This document shows, piece after piece, positions 10,014 to 19,369 of a stretch of DNA of 64,000 bases. Made by a program: the position numbers and the translations under genes. The notes beneath the pieces were generated by a model. The model did not search any database and was not told the origin of the DNA. It saw only the letters and a list, made by a program, of their open reading frames with translations. The stretch is from Bdellovibrionota bacterium. Its GTDB lineage: Bacteria > Bdellovibrionota_C > UBA2361 > JBGSMV01. The stretch covers positions 1 through 64,000 of the forward strand of contig JBGSMV010000047.1 of NCBI GenBank assembly GCA_041739995.1. The letters are read 5' to 3'. Within the stretch, counting starts at the first letter, position 1. Each line of letters opens with the position of its first letter.

Positions 10014-11426
10014 ATGTTCCCTGGTACTGAGAGAGTTGAACCTACGATGAGTAACCCCGCTTCTCCGTCTTCGAGAGAAGCTCGCCCGCGACAGGAAATA
10101 AATGTTGCCCCGGATTCCCTTCAGGTGCTTGGGAGTAATGAGACTCGTGCGCAACATAGGCTTGAAGCACGCATTGCCGCACTGCCAGAGAGCGCTCGGC
10201 CGTATGCCGACAAATACTTCCTCAATACCGAAGAGATTTTAAAGTCTGAAGGGTTAAATCCCTGGGTAAGAGCTCAGGTCATGATTCGCAAGGGTCCAGG
10301 GGAAGTCGGAGGAATTACTGAGGCACTAGCTCAGGTGGTAAAATACTCTGATTTTGCTCGCAACGGTGGACGAGCTTTTGCACTCTCTGATGGTGACTCC
10401 TACAACTCATCGGAAACACTGCTTGTGCTTGAAGGACGTATTCAAGACATAGTGGCACTCGAAACCATGTATCTTGGCGTCATTAGCGCCGAAAGCACGC
10501 TACTTACAGAGGGTAAGAACTCGATAGATCTTGAAGAAGTGAAGACGCGCATGACCAAAGTCTGCGATACTGCCGAAGGTCGACCGGTGATATATTTTGG
10601 TGCTCGTCACTGGCGATATGATGAGGACCGCGCAATTTCGTCTGCTGCGTTTGAGGGTGGTGCGAGTGCCGCTTCCACTGACGCCGGCGCGAGCAGTGTT
10701 GGTAAAGTTGGCATTGGAACCATTCCTCATGTGCTTGAGAACATTTACGCGTGGAAGGTCGGGCGAGAGGCTGCGGTGGTAGAGGCCACTAAGGCTTTTG
10801 ATCGTGTGATCGATAGAGAAGTGCCACGTATTGCGCTGATTGACTATGCCAATCGTGAGATTAGTGATTCACTTGCCACCGCCAACGCACTCCGTGGTCG
10901 TCTACACGGCGTGCGAGTCGATACCTGCGGAGAGAACATTGCGCAGGGCGCGCTCACTTCGGGCAACGGTCCAGAGGCGGCCATAATGAGGGCCCAGGGA
11001 TTGAATTTTCCTCGCGACGAGGATGCCGATTCTAAATATTGGTACGGGTCTGGCGTCACCATCAGTGGAGTATTCGCACTTCGGCAAGCACTCGACTGCG
11101 CCGGATATGAGAAAGTACAGATCGTGCTCTCCTCAGGTTTTGGAAGTGCCAATAAAGTTGCTGCTTTTGTTCGAGCTGAAAAGATCCTCGGAATTAAGCT
11201 ATTTGACTCTCTAGGCGTCGGCGGAGTGTATGACTCTCGCTCGGCCAAGATGGATATTGTTCGAGTGGGCAATTCTGCAGAGGATTGGCGCGAAGTGTCC
11301 AAGGTAGGAAGAAAAGAGAGATTAAATCCAAGATTGCGTGAGGTGGATTTAACACAAATCGAGAGACTGCTTACACCTTCGTCTAGTGCGCCCTCTAGTA
11401 CGGAACAAGAAAGTGGGGCACTCTGA
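10014..11426 (+). CDS. pncB: Nicotinate phosphoribosyltransferase-like type II PRTase
   Basis: DKYF, FGARH, GTIPH, LIDY, GVRVDT, SSGF, DSLGVG motifs. GGAGG spacing favours ATG 10014. Confidence 0.85.
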   Translation: MFPGTERVEPTMSNPASPSSREARPRQEINVAPDSLQVLGSNETRAQHRLEARIAALPESARPYADKYFLNTEEILKSEGLNPWVRAQVMIRKGPGEVGGITEALAQVVKYSDFARNGGRAFALSDGDSYNSSETLLVLEGRIQDIVALETMYLGVISAESTLLTEGKNSIDLEEVKTRMTKVCDTAEGRPVIYFGARHWRYDEDRAISSAAFEGGASAASTDAGASSVGKVGIGTIPHVLENIYAWKVGREAAVVEATKAFDRVIDREVPRIALIDYANREISDSLATANALRGRLHGVRVDTCGENIAQGALTSGNGPEAAIMRAQGLNFPRDEDADSKYWYGSGVTISGVFALRQALDCAGYEKVQIVLSSGFGSANKVAAFVRAEKILGIKLFDSLGVGGVYDSRSAKMDIVRVGNSAEDWREVSKVGRKERLNPRLREVDLTQIERLLTPSSSAPSSTEQESGAL

Positions 11427-12739
11427 TGATCAGCGTTATGCCAGGTGGTGCCTCCTCGAACATTGACCCTCGAAGCGACAAGGAACTGCGTCCCCCGCGG
11501 CCCATTGAGCACGAGCCACTCGACCAAGTAATGGAGCTTGTTGGTAAAGACTCGCCCCTACAGCACTTTCGCGTGACGCTTCTGAATCACACGGGAACCG
11601 CGCTCGACGCCCCTAGAAACTATACACTGGACTGCCGTGCACTTTCTCCTACAGTTTCAGCGGTCGCGGTTACTCCTGAGAGAGACGGAATTTTTCTACA
11701 ACTTCAAACATTCCCTATCCTGGAAATTCGGGCACATGTTCTGGAAAGCGATCCGCTTCCGGAATCCGGGAAGTTTTTTGCTCTTCCAGATTTAGATAAA
11801 TGTGGCGAGCCAGGCGCTGCGATCGGACACGAGTTCTTTCCATCGGTCGGCGGGTCGACTGAGTTTAGCTCCCTAAAACACTGTACTCTTCATAAGTGTC
11901 CGAACGACGCTACTACGAAAATCTCAGCTTTTTCATTCCAAGAGGTCATAGATGGTTTCTTTGCTGGCTCTGTAAGAGACCTGCGCGCAGTTCTGGCAAC
12001 CTTTCGGCTTGCTCGTGCTTCGCAAATTCCACTTCAATGGCCAAAGGCAATTCCTTTTGAAAACAATCATTCCGATTATCAGGGATTAATTCCTAGATTA
12101 TCTCTTCAGCAAGCACTTCAGTGGATTGTGTCGACTCCAGAACCCGACAGGGTTGCGCAGGTGGCGGTCAGCGCATCGGAGAGCGGTCAGAGTCCTTTTC
12201 TTCGAGCATTCGCATTGGAAGAAAATGGACAACAGCACATCGCTTCCGTGAGAAGGGGGGTCGACGCAGTAGACGTGGTTGCGGCATGTGTTATCGAGGG
12301 TCATCACTACCTAGTCGTAAAGCGAGAAATTCGTCCTGCGCTGGCAGCTGCGCGCATTGCCGCAGGAGATGAGTCCTGCATTCTTCCTGCAACGTCAATT
12401 GGCGGAGTTGCTGAATCATTAGAGGGGGAAACGACTCTAGAAGCGGTCGGGCAGCGAGCAGTTCAGGGAGTCAGAGAAGAAGCAGGTTGTGAGTGCCAGG
12501 GAAAACCACACTATCTCGGCATGTCATACCCTTCGCCGAAATTTGGAGTTGAGAGGGTTTACCTCTTCGCTACAGAAGTCGATCCCTACACCCCGAGCGG
12601 TCTAACGCCAGAACTTGATGAGGTGGTCGATCTTGCTTTGATTGACGCCGAAGACGTTCTACGACTTAGCGACATGGGCCTCGTGCATGACCCAAGGCTT
12701 GAGATCTCGGCCCACATTCTGAGCCTATTAGGAAATTAG
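11426..12739 (+). CDS. Tandem Nudix-fold protein (ADP-ribose/nucleotide-sugar pyrophosphatase-like, degenerate Nudix box)
   Basis: C-half: DAVDVV, REIRP, AVQGVREEAG, YPSP..VERVYLF, E..DL, D.RL. The N-half repeats the pattern (FFPSVGGSTE, GSVRDLR). Overlaps the pncB stop (TGATG). Confidence 0.65.
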   Translation: MISVMPGGASSNIDPRSDKELRPPRPIEHEPLDQVMELVGKDSPLQHFRVTLLNHTGTALDAPRNYTLDCRALSPTVSAVAVTPERDGIFLQLQTFPILEIRAHVLESDPLPESGKFFALPDLDKCGEPGAAIGHEFFPSVGGSTEFSSLKHCTLHKCPNDATTKISAFSFQEVIDGFFAGSVRDLRAVLATFRLARASQIPLQWPKAIPFENNHSDYQGLIPRLSLQQALQWIVSTPEPDRVAQVAVSASESGQSPFLRAFALEENGQQHIASVRRGVDAVDVVAACVIEGHHYLVVKREIRPALAAARIAAGDESCILPATSIGGVAESLEGETTLEAVGQRAVQGVREEAGCECQGKPHYLGMSYPSPKFGVERVYLFATEVDPYTPSGLTPELDEVVDLALIDAEDVLRLSDMGLVHDPRLEISAHILSLLGN

Positions 12740-12807
12740 TGCTATCGATGTAAGTGAGAAACCTCAGCACTTGTCTGTAAATCGGTATGCGAGGAACCGA
12801 AATGCAA

Positions 12808-12844
12808 CCCGAGAACCTCCCATCAAAGACGAAAGGTTCCCGGG
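12808..12844. terminator. Hairpin between convergent genes, possible terminator
   Basis: CCCGAGAACCT...AGGTTCCCGGG imperfect stem; weak U-tract. Confidence 0.35.
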
Positions 12845-12866
12845 AGTTTCAGAGTCGTCAGGATTC

Positions 12867-13670
12867 TTAGAGATGAATTCCTACGATGAGGCGAATCTCT
12901 ACTTCCTCTTCATGCACTAGGTTACGTCCTCCTTGGGAACCGTCGCCATTACCCCACACTTGTGGCAGCACAGTGAGCGTTGTCCACCACTTCGGAGTTG
13001 CATAGTGCACATTCGGACCAACAGACCATGTCTGGTACTCTTGACCGTTAAGATCTAGTCCGTCTGGGTAAGCTGCCTTATTGCGCGCCTCTATTCCCAT
13101 GCTCCATTGTGGGGAAAGCTTGTAAGCTGCGCCAAATGCGAATTCTAAATATGCTTCCTCTTCGGTGCGCTGATTCTCTCGTTCCCACTCCATTTCATAC
13201 TCGGCGTGCGCCGCAAGCACGAAGCTGCCGAGGTCCTTGCTAAGAATTATCTTGGTCTCTGCCTCGTAGTCAGTACCGTCGGTCGTTACCTCTCCATAGA
13301 CCGCAAGGCCTACTGGATCGATGACCGGACTAAGCAGAGAATAAAATAGCTCACCGGATACGCCCTTAAAATCCGTGTCGTTCTCTGACTCTCCATTACT
13401 GCGATCAATCCGCGTTGAGTTCCAGTTCAAGTACACCGCACCCGTCAAGTTAGAGGTGATGCCATGCTCAATCTCTGTACGAAAATCCCAAGCTGAATAG
13501 TCCTGGTCCTTGCGTCCATTTTGCTGAGTGATCCACTGCTCAAATTCCCATCCGCCCTCAGGCATTGGGTCAGCTTCATACACATAGGTAAAAAATCTCT
13601 CGTCCGCTGAAGCCGAGAGAGGAAGAAGAACAATAGTGGCCAGAGCCAACATCGCGCTAATTAATCGCAT
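12867..13670 (-). CDS. Exported putative outer-membrane beta-barrel protein associated with the ApbE/FMN-binding cluster
   Basis: Signal peptide (SASA-D), amphipathic beta-strands rich in W/Y/E, C-terminal strand EIRLIVGIHL; divergent from the FMN-binding gene. Confidence 0.6.
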   Translation of the reverse strand: MRLISAMLALATIVLLPLSASADERFFTYVYEADPMPEGGWEFEQWITQQNGRKDQDYSAWDFRTEIEHGITSNLTGAVYLNWNSTRIDRSNGESENDTDFKGVSGELFYSLLSPVIDPVGLAVYGEVTTDGTDYEAETKIILSKDLGSFVLAAHAEYEMEWERENQRTEEEAYLEFAFGAAYKLSPQWSMGIEARNKAAYPDGLDLNGQEYQTWSVGPNVHYATPKWWTTLTVLPQVWGNGDGSQGGRNLVHEEEVEIRLIVGIHL

Positions 13671-13839
13671 ATAACTATATATATTTACTCAATAAAAATT
13701 GTTGCTAGGTCATCCATCTCACCTACTATGAGATGACGCAGTGGATATAGCGATACTGTTATCGGTATGTCAAGCACCCGCTTGAAATATGTCGCTATGC
13801 CTGCCATAGCTTAGGCCCCCTGGGTAAGGAACTTTTGAA

Positions 13840-14394
13840 ATGTCACGATCGTTTGAGCAATCTTTGTGGTGTATTATCGGTGCAGCTTTATCACCAGTGG
13901 TGCTGATTGCCCCGAGTTACGCCACTCAATACCTCAGCATAGAGGAGGCTAAGCAGGTTTGTTTTCCCACCGCGACACACTTCGATGGCGCCACTTTAAC
14001 GCTCTCTGATGAGCAGCAGGACCAAATCGAATTATTGAGCGGCATAAGACCGCCCTCCTCAACAGTAAGAACCTGGCGCGCTTTCATCGATTCTGAACTG
14101 ATTGGAACCCTCCTGCTCGACCATGTGATCGGTAAGCATCTCCTCATCGACTACGTGCTTGCGATTAATCCTGATGGCTCCGTCAAACAGATTGAAATAC
14201 TCGAGTATCGAGAAAACTATGGTGACGAAGTTCGTAACGCCGCATGGCGCGAAGCATTCGTAGGAAAGACCGTCGATTCACGCCTAGAACTTAGGGAGGA
14301 CATTCCTAGAATTTCAGGTGCCACCTACTCCACGCTCCATGTCACCGAAGGAGTTCGCCGACTTTTGAGAACCTATGCAGTACTCTTCAAATAA
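13840..14394 (+). CDS. Exported FMN-binding (flavinylated) protein
   Basis: Signal peptide; VIGKH..IDY, EILEYRENYG, flavinylation motif ISGAT. Confidence 0.85.
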   Translation: MSRSFEQSLWCIIGAALSPVVLIAPSYATQYLSIEEAKQVCFPTATHFDGATLTLSDEQQDQIELLSGIRPPSSTVRTWRAFIDSELIGTLLLDHVIGKHLLIDYVLAINPDGSVKQIEILEYRENYGDEVRNAAWREAFVGKTVDSRLELREDIPRISGATYSTLHVTEGVRRLLRTYAVLFK

Positions 14395-15316
14395 CATAAC
14401 GCGCGCGCGCCCTTTGCTTGGCACTCTTGTTGAAATTCAAGTGGGTGGCGTGCACACCCGCGCTGCTCACGATGCGATCGACAAAGCTTTTGCTCAATTT
14501 CAGCTTGTGCATAACCTCATGAGTTTTCATCAGCCGCAAAGTGACCTTTCCCGGATAAATGCCGCCAAGCTTGGCGAAGAAGTTGCAGTGCACGCTTGGA
14601 CTGCTCAGGTTCTGCAATTCTGCCTTGAACTCAACCGCACCTCTTTTGGCGCTTTCGACCCTGGCATCGCGCCGCTCTTGATGAATAGCGGCCTTTTACC
14701 TAATAGTCTGGGTGCGAAACCTAAAATGGCGTGCGGGTCAATTTCAGAGGGGAGCTCTATTCGAAACCTCTCCATTTCTCGCGTGGCTCACTGCGTGAAT
14801 GAATCCGTAATTGTAAAGAAGAGCGCTGCTTGCATTCTAGATCTCGGAGGTTGCGCCAAGGGGTTTGCCGTAGACTGTGCGATAGCGGCACTTCAGGAAG
14901 CGGGCATTCCCTTCGGGCTCGCTAATGCGGGCGGAGACCTGCGCTGTTTTGGAGACCACACCTTCCCAGTAGTTTTTCGAGCTGCGCGTGAACAGGGCAT
15001 GTTCGATGGGCGTATAAACCTGAAGAACCAAGCACTCGCGACTTCCGCCCTAACCTTTACCGCTCCGCTTAGCCCCATTCTGGACCCTCGCACGCAGATC
15101 GCGCTGCACTTTGACCACAGCGTGTCAGTCCTGGCCCCGAGCGCCCTAGTTGCCGATGCGCTTACCAAGGTAGTAATAGTTGACTCTTTGGAGGCCCTAC
15201 CGCTGCTTTCAAAGTACCAAGCGCTATGGCTGCAACACGAGATGCTCAGCTATCAGCAAAGTGATTCTGCGCAAAACAACGATGCCGTTGAGGCGAGCTC
15301 TCTCCATGAAACTTAG
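14375..15316 (+). CDS. apbE: FAD:protein FMN transferase
   Basis: LLGTLVEI, SDLSRIN, GAFDP, DLGGCAKGFAVD, NAGGDLR, ATS, ADALTK. Confidence 0.9.
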   Translation: MQYSSNNITRARPLLGTLVEIQVGGVHTRAAHDAIDKAFAQFQLVHNLMSFHQPQSDLSRINAAKLGEEVAVHAWTAQVLQFCLELNRTSFGAFDPGIAPLLMNSGLLPNSLGAKPKMACGSISEGSSIRNLSISRVAHCVNESVIVKKSAACILDLGGCAKGFAVDCAIAALQEAGIPFGLANAGGDLRCFGDHTFPVVFRAAREQGMFDGRINLKNQALATSALTFTAPLSPILDPRTQIALHFDHSVSVLAPSALVADALTKVVIVDSLEALPLLSKYQALWLQHEMLSYQQSDSAQNNDAVEASSLHET

Positions 15317-15734
15317 TAAGTCTCAAAAAGTCATTCTCTACGTTTTATGCTCTGCACTCTTTATTAGCGGCGCAGCCAAAGCACTCTATCAATACATCCT
15401 GCAACCGGACGGCCCCTTCACTCCTGGATACTCCGAACTAGAACAAGTCTGGCTCACCGCACACGGCATCCTCTCTCCGCTATACCTTGTGGCACTTGGC
15501 GCATTGATTCCAGTGCACATGAAGCGTAGCTGGGCAGCAGGACGAAACCAGGCTTCAGGGGTGTTCATCGTGACCATTCATCTCGTGCTGATTGCAACTG
15601 GCCTCGGCCTCTACTACGCAGGCACAGAGTCGCTGCGCGCCATTAGTGTGTCGGTGCACCTTTGGATTGGTCTAGGGCTACCTTTGATACTGATTGGGCA
15701 TGTGCTGCTGGGTCGAACAAGTCGAAAGTTCTAG
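15306..15734 (+). CDS. Small 4-TM membrane protein with His residues in helices (possible heme-b electron-transfer subunit)
   Basis: ATG 15306 overlaps the apbE end; TM helices with LTAHG, PVHM..W, GLYY, SVHLWIG, IGH. Confidence 0.65.
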   Translation: MKLSKSQKVILYVLCSALFISGAAKALYQYILQPDGPFTPGYSELEQVWLTAHGILSPLYLVALGALIPVHMKRSWAAGRNQASGVFIVTIHLVLIATGLGLYYAGTESLRAISVSVHLWIGLGLPLILIGHVLLGRTSRKF

Positions 15735-15853
15735 GAGTCTGAGACATAGGCACAGACGACGTCCCGCGGAAGCCTCTTGAAATTAAATGGCAGCACTAGA
15801 ACGTGCGAGCGAAGGCGGACCCTCATAAACAAGACTATGTCATAGACTCCTAA
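15731..15853 (+). mobile_element. MITE-like element, copy 1
   Basis: CTAG-GAGTCTGAGACATAG...CTATGTCATAGACTC-CTAA terminal inverted repeats; the body aligns with copies at 32133 (inverted) and 41988. Confidence 0.8.
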
Positions 15854-15890
15854 GCCTGCATGGGTCCTGCTTCTTATCGCCATCAAATCA

Positions 15891-17360
15891 TCAATGTGCA
15901 AGTAGAGGGTGGGATTCAATCTTCTCGCGTAACGCTGAGAGCTCAGGAAACTGAGCGTCTATTGCCGAAACGCGGGCGAGTTCACGACTTGCCTCCATCA
16001 TTTGCGAAGCATCACTTCTCATGCTCCCTCTGGTAGCAAGCGCCTTGGCCTTTTCAAAAGTAAGCTGCAACATGACTTTACTTTTCCAAGGCTGCCGTTC
16101 CTCTTCTGGTATCGTAGCCTGCACCCGTTCACAAACGGCGAGCACCTCCTCCACCCTACCCATCTGCGCAAAAGCTCTCACAAGCAGCACCAACGTTTCA
16201 CGCGAAGAACCATCAAGCGCGAGTGAGCGCTGGAGACTCGACACTGCAACTTCCGCAGAGTCTGGTACCCGTAAATGGAGCGCTCCAAGATCTCGATAAA
16301 GCATAGCTGCATCCGGATCCACCTCAACTCTGCGTTTCATCTCAGCAATTCTAAGCCCGAGCAGCCGCGCTCTAGCCTCATCACTCAATCCACCCGGTTC
16401 CTTCGACCGTAGCCGCGCCTCCTCGACTTTCACTCGCAAATCACTTGCCTGGTGAAATACTCTTTTCTCTCGCGTCTCTTCGTAGGCATTCTCAAGTACT
16501 CTTAATGCTTCGGTCTCATTTCCCGCTTGAAGCAGCCGCGAAACATATTTTTCTACCGCTTGGAGATGTTTGGGGTTCTCAAGGTACTCAGCCCGTGAGA
16601 TCTTTAATTGCTCGTCAAGCGATTCACTCGACAGAACCCGTTGCTCAGCCTCTCTCGCAGCTCTTTGACCCGCTGAATCTCTCACTAGTTCCCTAAAGCC
16701 ACCGCCCTCGCGAGCGGAAACGGCCTTAAGCTCGAAGAGCTTACTCTCAATTTCAGTTCCAATTTTTGAAATTTCAGCAAAGTCTTTAGCACCAGAGAAA
16801 TGATTAAGGTTGTCTCGAACAATCTTGCCAGCCCTATCGAAATCGTCGGCCGACATCAGAATTCGAATAGCTCTGATAAAGACTGGGCTCTGCTTACGAA
16901 GCTGTGCGGTATCCAAGGTCACACGCTCAATAACTGACGACGCGATCGCTGCTGCCGGCGCTTTGAGCTCCAGCTTTAGGGCCTCGTCGGCAGCCTGCAA
17001 TAGCACGGTTCCGTCACATTTCCTTTTGAGCGCTTCGCTCAGACTTCGAATGAATGGCTCGGCAGTAAGATCCATGCCTCGTGGCCGTTTCACCGCACCC
17101 ACCGCCTGAACCAACACTTCCGAAGTGAGACGAACCGCCGATTGCAGCAAGGCGCTCACCTTATCCGCTCTAGTGCAATCAAGGCTCAGTCCATAGAGAA
17201 TATAGACTACTTTGTTCATTGGATTGGATGAGCCATCGGCGCGCTGGAACTGCTCTTCCGCTCCCGCCGCATCTACCCTTAAAGCTACGGGGATTCCATA
17301 GCCTTCGGGACGGGGCCCAGAGCTCGGCTGCAGCGGGTAACCTGGTTCGGAAGCCGGCAT
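15891..17360 (-). CDS. TPR/alpha-solenoid protein
   Basis: Helical repeats such as LLQAGNETEALRVLENAY, YRDLGALHL, FAQMGRVEEVLAVCE. Confidence 0.65.
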   Translation of the reverse strand: MPASEPGYPLQPSSGPRPEGYGIPVALRVDAAGAEEQFQRADGSSNPMNKVVYILYGLSLDCTRADKVSALLQSAVRLTSEVLVQAVGAVKRPRGMDLTAEPFIRSLSEALKRKCDGTVLLQAADEALKLELKAPAAAIASSVIERVTLDTAQLRKQSPVFIRAIRILMSADDFDRAGKIVRDNLNHFSGAKDFAEISKIGTEIESKLFELKAVSAREGGGFRELVRDSAGQRAAREAEQRVLSSESLDEQLKISRAEYLENPKHLQAVEKYVSRLLQAGNETEALRVLENAYEETREKRVFHQASDLRVKVEEARLRSKEPGGLSDEARARLLGLRIAEMKRRVEVDPDAAMLYRDLGALHLRVPDSAEVAVSSLQRSLALDGSSRETLVLLVRAFAQMGRVEEVLAVCERVQATIPEEERQPWKSKVMLQLTFEKAKALATRGSMRSDASQMMEASRELARVSAIDAQFPELSALREKIESHPLLAH

Positions 17361-17596
17361 TGATATCTCCTATAAATTTGTGCACAGAAGCGCACGCCGC
17401 CTCTGAGCGCCTAAAGCGCCCATGCGTGAATAGAAGCAAAAATATGTCGTTGCTGAGATCTAACCAAACGGATTCTACAACTTTCGGTTCTGCGGGCCGG
17501 GAGTTGTACGAATTGCTCTGTAGAAAGCAGTAGAGCTTCGCAGCAGCCATTGGTTCAGCCAAGAATTTTTTGGCAGGCAGCTGTACGTAGAACTAC

Positions 17597-18553
17597 TTAA
17601 AAGAACCAGCGAAACTTAACGTCTGAAAACTTATTCAACAGCCGGATGGTATGTACTAAAGATCCAAACTCTTCGTATAGCTCTTGAACAATTTCGGTGA
17701 CCTCTTGTGGATGAGTTACTTCTACGCCGACTTCAAAATCCCATGACCCTATACATTCAATCAGATAGACCACATTGCGGTGTTGTTCGCAGAATCTTCC
17801 CAAGCCACGGGCAAGCTCTAAATTCATTCCCTTCGCGTAGACCAACAGCTTGTAACCTTGCATGCCAAAAGCAGCACAATTAACTGCGAGAATCTGCCCA
17901 ACGATAACTCCGGCCTCTTTCAACTTAGTCACCCTCAGCTCGAAAGTAGAAAGCGGAATGTGGAGCTTGAGTGCAATTTGCCGATGGGAGTCCTGGCCGT
18001 GCGAAGCCAGGCCAGTGAGGATTTTTCGGTCGAGATCGTCTATCTCAACTATCTCGCGGGTGTAACGACAGGTCAGTGGTTTTACGGAGAAGCGCTTAGA
18101 CGAAAGGTATTTGCGGTGGTAAACGGTCACACTTGACTGGATAGCGACCGACTTTTCGAAGAACACATTCTGATATTTCTTGGAAAGCTGCGCGAGCAGA
18201 TCCAGGGCGGTCCCGATGTGCGTCCCTACCACTGCAATACCGTACTGATATTCGCCGCCGAACTCTCCGACCCAAACGACTTCAGGTGCATCGATAAGCG
18301 CTTTCAGCAAGCCCTGCCGAGCGCTGCGCTTTTCGGCGCCTACCGAAAAAAAGATATTAAAAATCGTGTGCCCAAGGATTTGGAGATTTACCAGCGGAAT
18401 TGGAGTGGCGACTTCCCGTTGGATGAGACGACGCAACGCATATCGAATCGTATGTTCTCGAAGGCCGGTCTCCTTGCGTAGTAGAGGCATTGGAGCCTCG
18501 ACTTGCAACTCAGCTGCAGCGAGCACTACGCGTTCCTTATCGGTAAGTTTCAT
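17597..18553 (-). CDS. Duplicated Lrp/AsnC-family regulator (two HTH+RAM units)
   Basis: MKLTDKERVVL..HTH and IDDLDRKILTGL..IALKL..RVTKLKEAGVI; G.YQY and GSWDFEV RAM motifs. ATG 18553 follows GGGAG. Confidence 0.8.
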   Translation of the reverse strand: MKLTDKERVVLAAAELQVEAPMPLLRKETGLREHTIRYALRRLIQREVATPIPLVNLQILGHTIFNIFFSVGAEKRSARQGLLKALIDAPEVVWVGEFGGEYQYGIAVVGTHIGTALDLLAQLSKKYQNVFFEKSVAIQSSVTVYHRKYLSSKRFSVKPLTCRYTREIVEIDDLDRKILTGLASHGQDSHRQIALKLHIPLSTFELRVTKLKEAGVIVGQILAVNCAAFGMQGYKLLVYAKGMNLELARGLGRFCEQHRNVVYLIECIGSWDFEVGVEVTHPQEVTEIVQELYEEFGSLVHTIRLLNKFSDVKFRWFF

Positions 18554-18819
18554 GAAGACTCTCCCTCTACAGAAATACAAGCTATTAGTGCCCGCAACGC
18601 ACAGGGACTGCAAGAGTATTGGTGGAAGCCAGGAGGTCACAACCAACGCATGCGCTTAAAGAGGACCGCTTGCACAGATCCAGGCTCGCACTTCACTCAA
18701 CTGGAGGCGCGCCACCACCGCAGCCATCCAAAAGGTAGGCGGTATTCAGTCCAGCATTTTTCTCGACTCGCGCTTCCTCACTAAACTTAGAAGAACCCGA
18801 GCTTGTCGCTCAATTCGTT

Positions 18820-19254
18820 TTAGGCCGTACCTTTGGGCCAGACCAATATCATCGCCCCAGCAGCGAGCCCTCCAAACACGTGCGCATGTGAAGTGTCCCC
18901 AGTGCTATTGGTTAGTACAAACCCAAGTATTGCGCAGGTTTCCATGAGCGCCAGTGACACAATATGTGCGGTGAAGCGCTGCTGACGAGGATTCTTTGAA
19001 GGGACCTTCAAAAGTACAGACCGCAGGAAGAACGCAACGCACAGCATGCCAATCGCCACAACACTGAGCGCCGTAGTCGCCACTGCAGCACCCTCCTTAG
19101 GTTCCACAAGAGGAAACATCCCGACTGTGTGTCCGAGCGCGAACAGCAGTGTCGAGGCAAGCATTGCAAATGAGATAACCAAAATTTGCTGATTACCCCT
19201 TGGCTGCAGGCCGGACTGCGAAGATCCAATTTCATTTCCCATCATATTGCTCAC
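18820..19254 (-). CDS. Hypothetical 4-TM membrane protein
   Basis: Four hydrophobic segments; ALME..AILG motif. Confidence 0.65.
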   Translation of the reverse strand: MSNMMGNEIGSSQSGLQPRGNQQILVISFAMLASTLLFALGHTVGMFPLVEPKEGAAVATTALSVVAIGMLCVAFFLRSVLLKVPSKNPRQQRFTAHIVSLALMETCAILGFVLTNSTGDTSHAHVFGGLAAGAMILVWPKGTA

Positions 19255-19369
19255 AGGAATACCTCACGAAAGTGTTCCGAAGACGATGCGCTGCGAAGCG
19301 CGTTAATGAGAAGAATTACAAGCCTTTTGGGGCGGAAGAAAGTAGTCAATTACTTGCTGCGAATTCGGG

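Noticed and set aside
13744..13772. Fur-box-like GATACTGTTATC in the ApbE module spacer
   Set aside because: One base short of the 7-1-7 geometry; too weak to call.
18696..18760. Minus-strand frame reading FGWLRWWRASS*, resembling a TrpL attenuator peptide upstream of the Lrp-like gene
   Set aside because: No start codon in that frame after the preceding stop, no clear terminator, no trp genes downstream.
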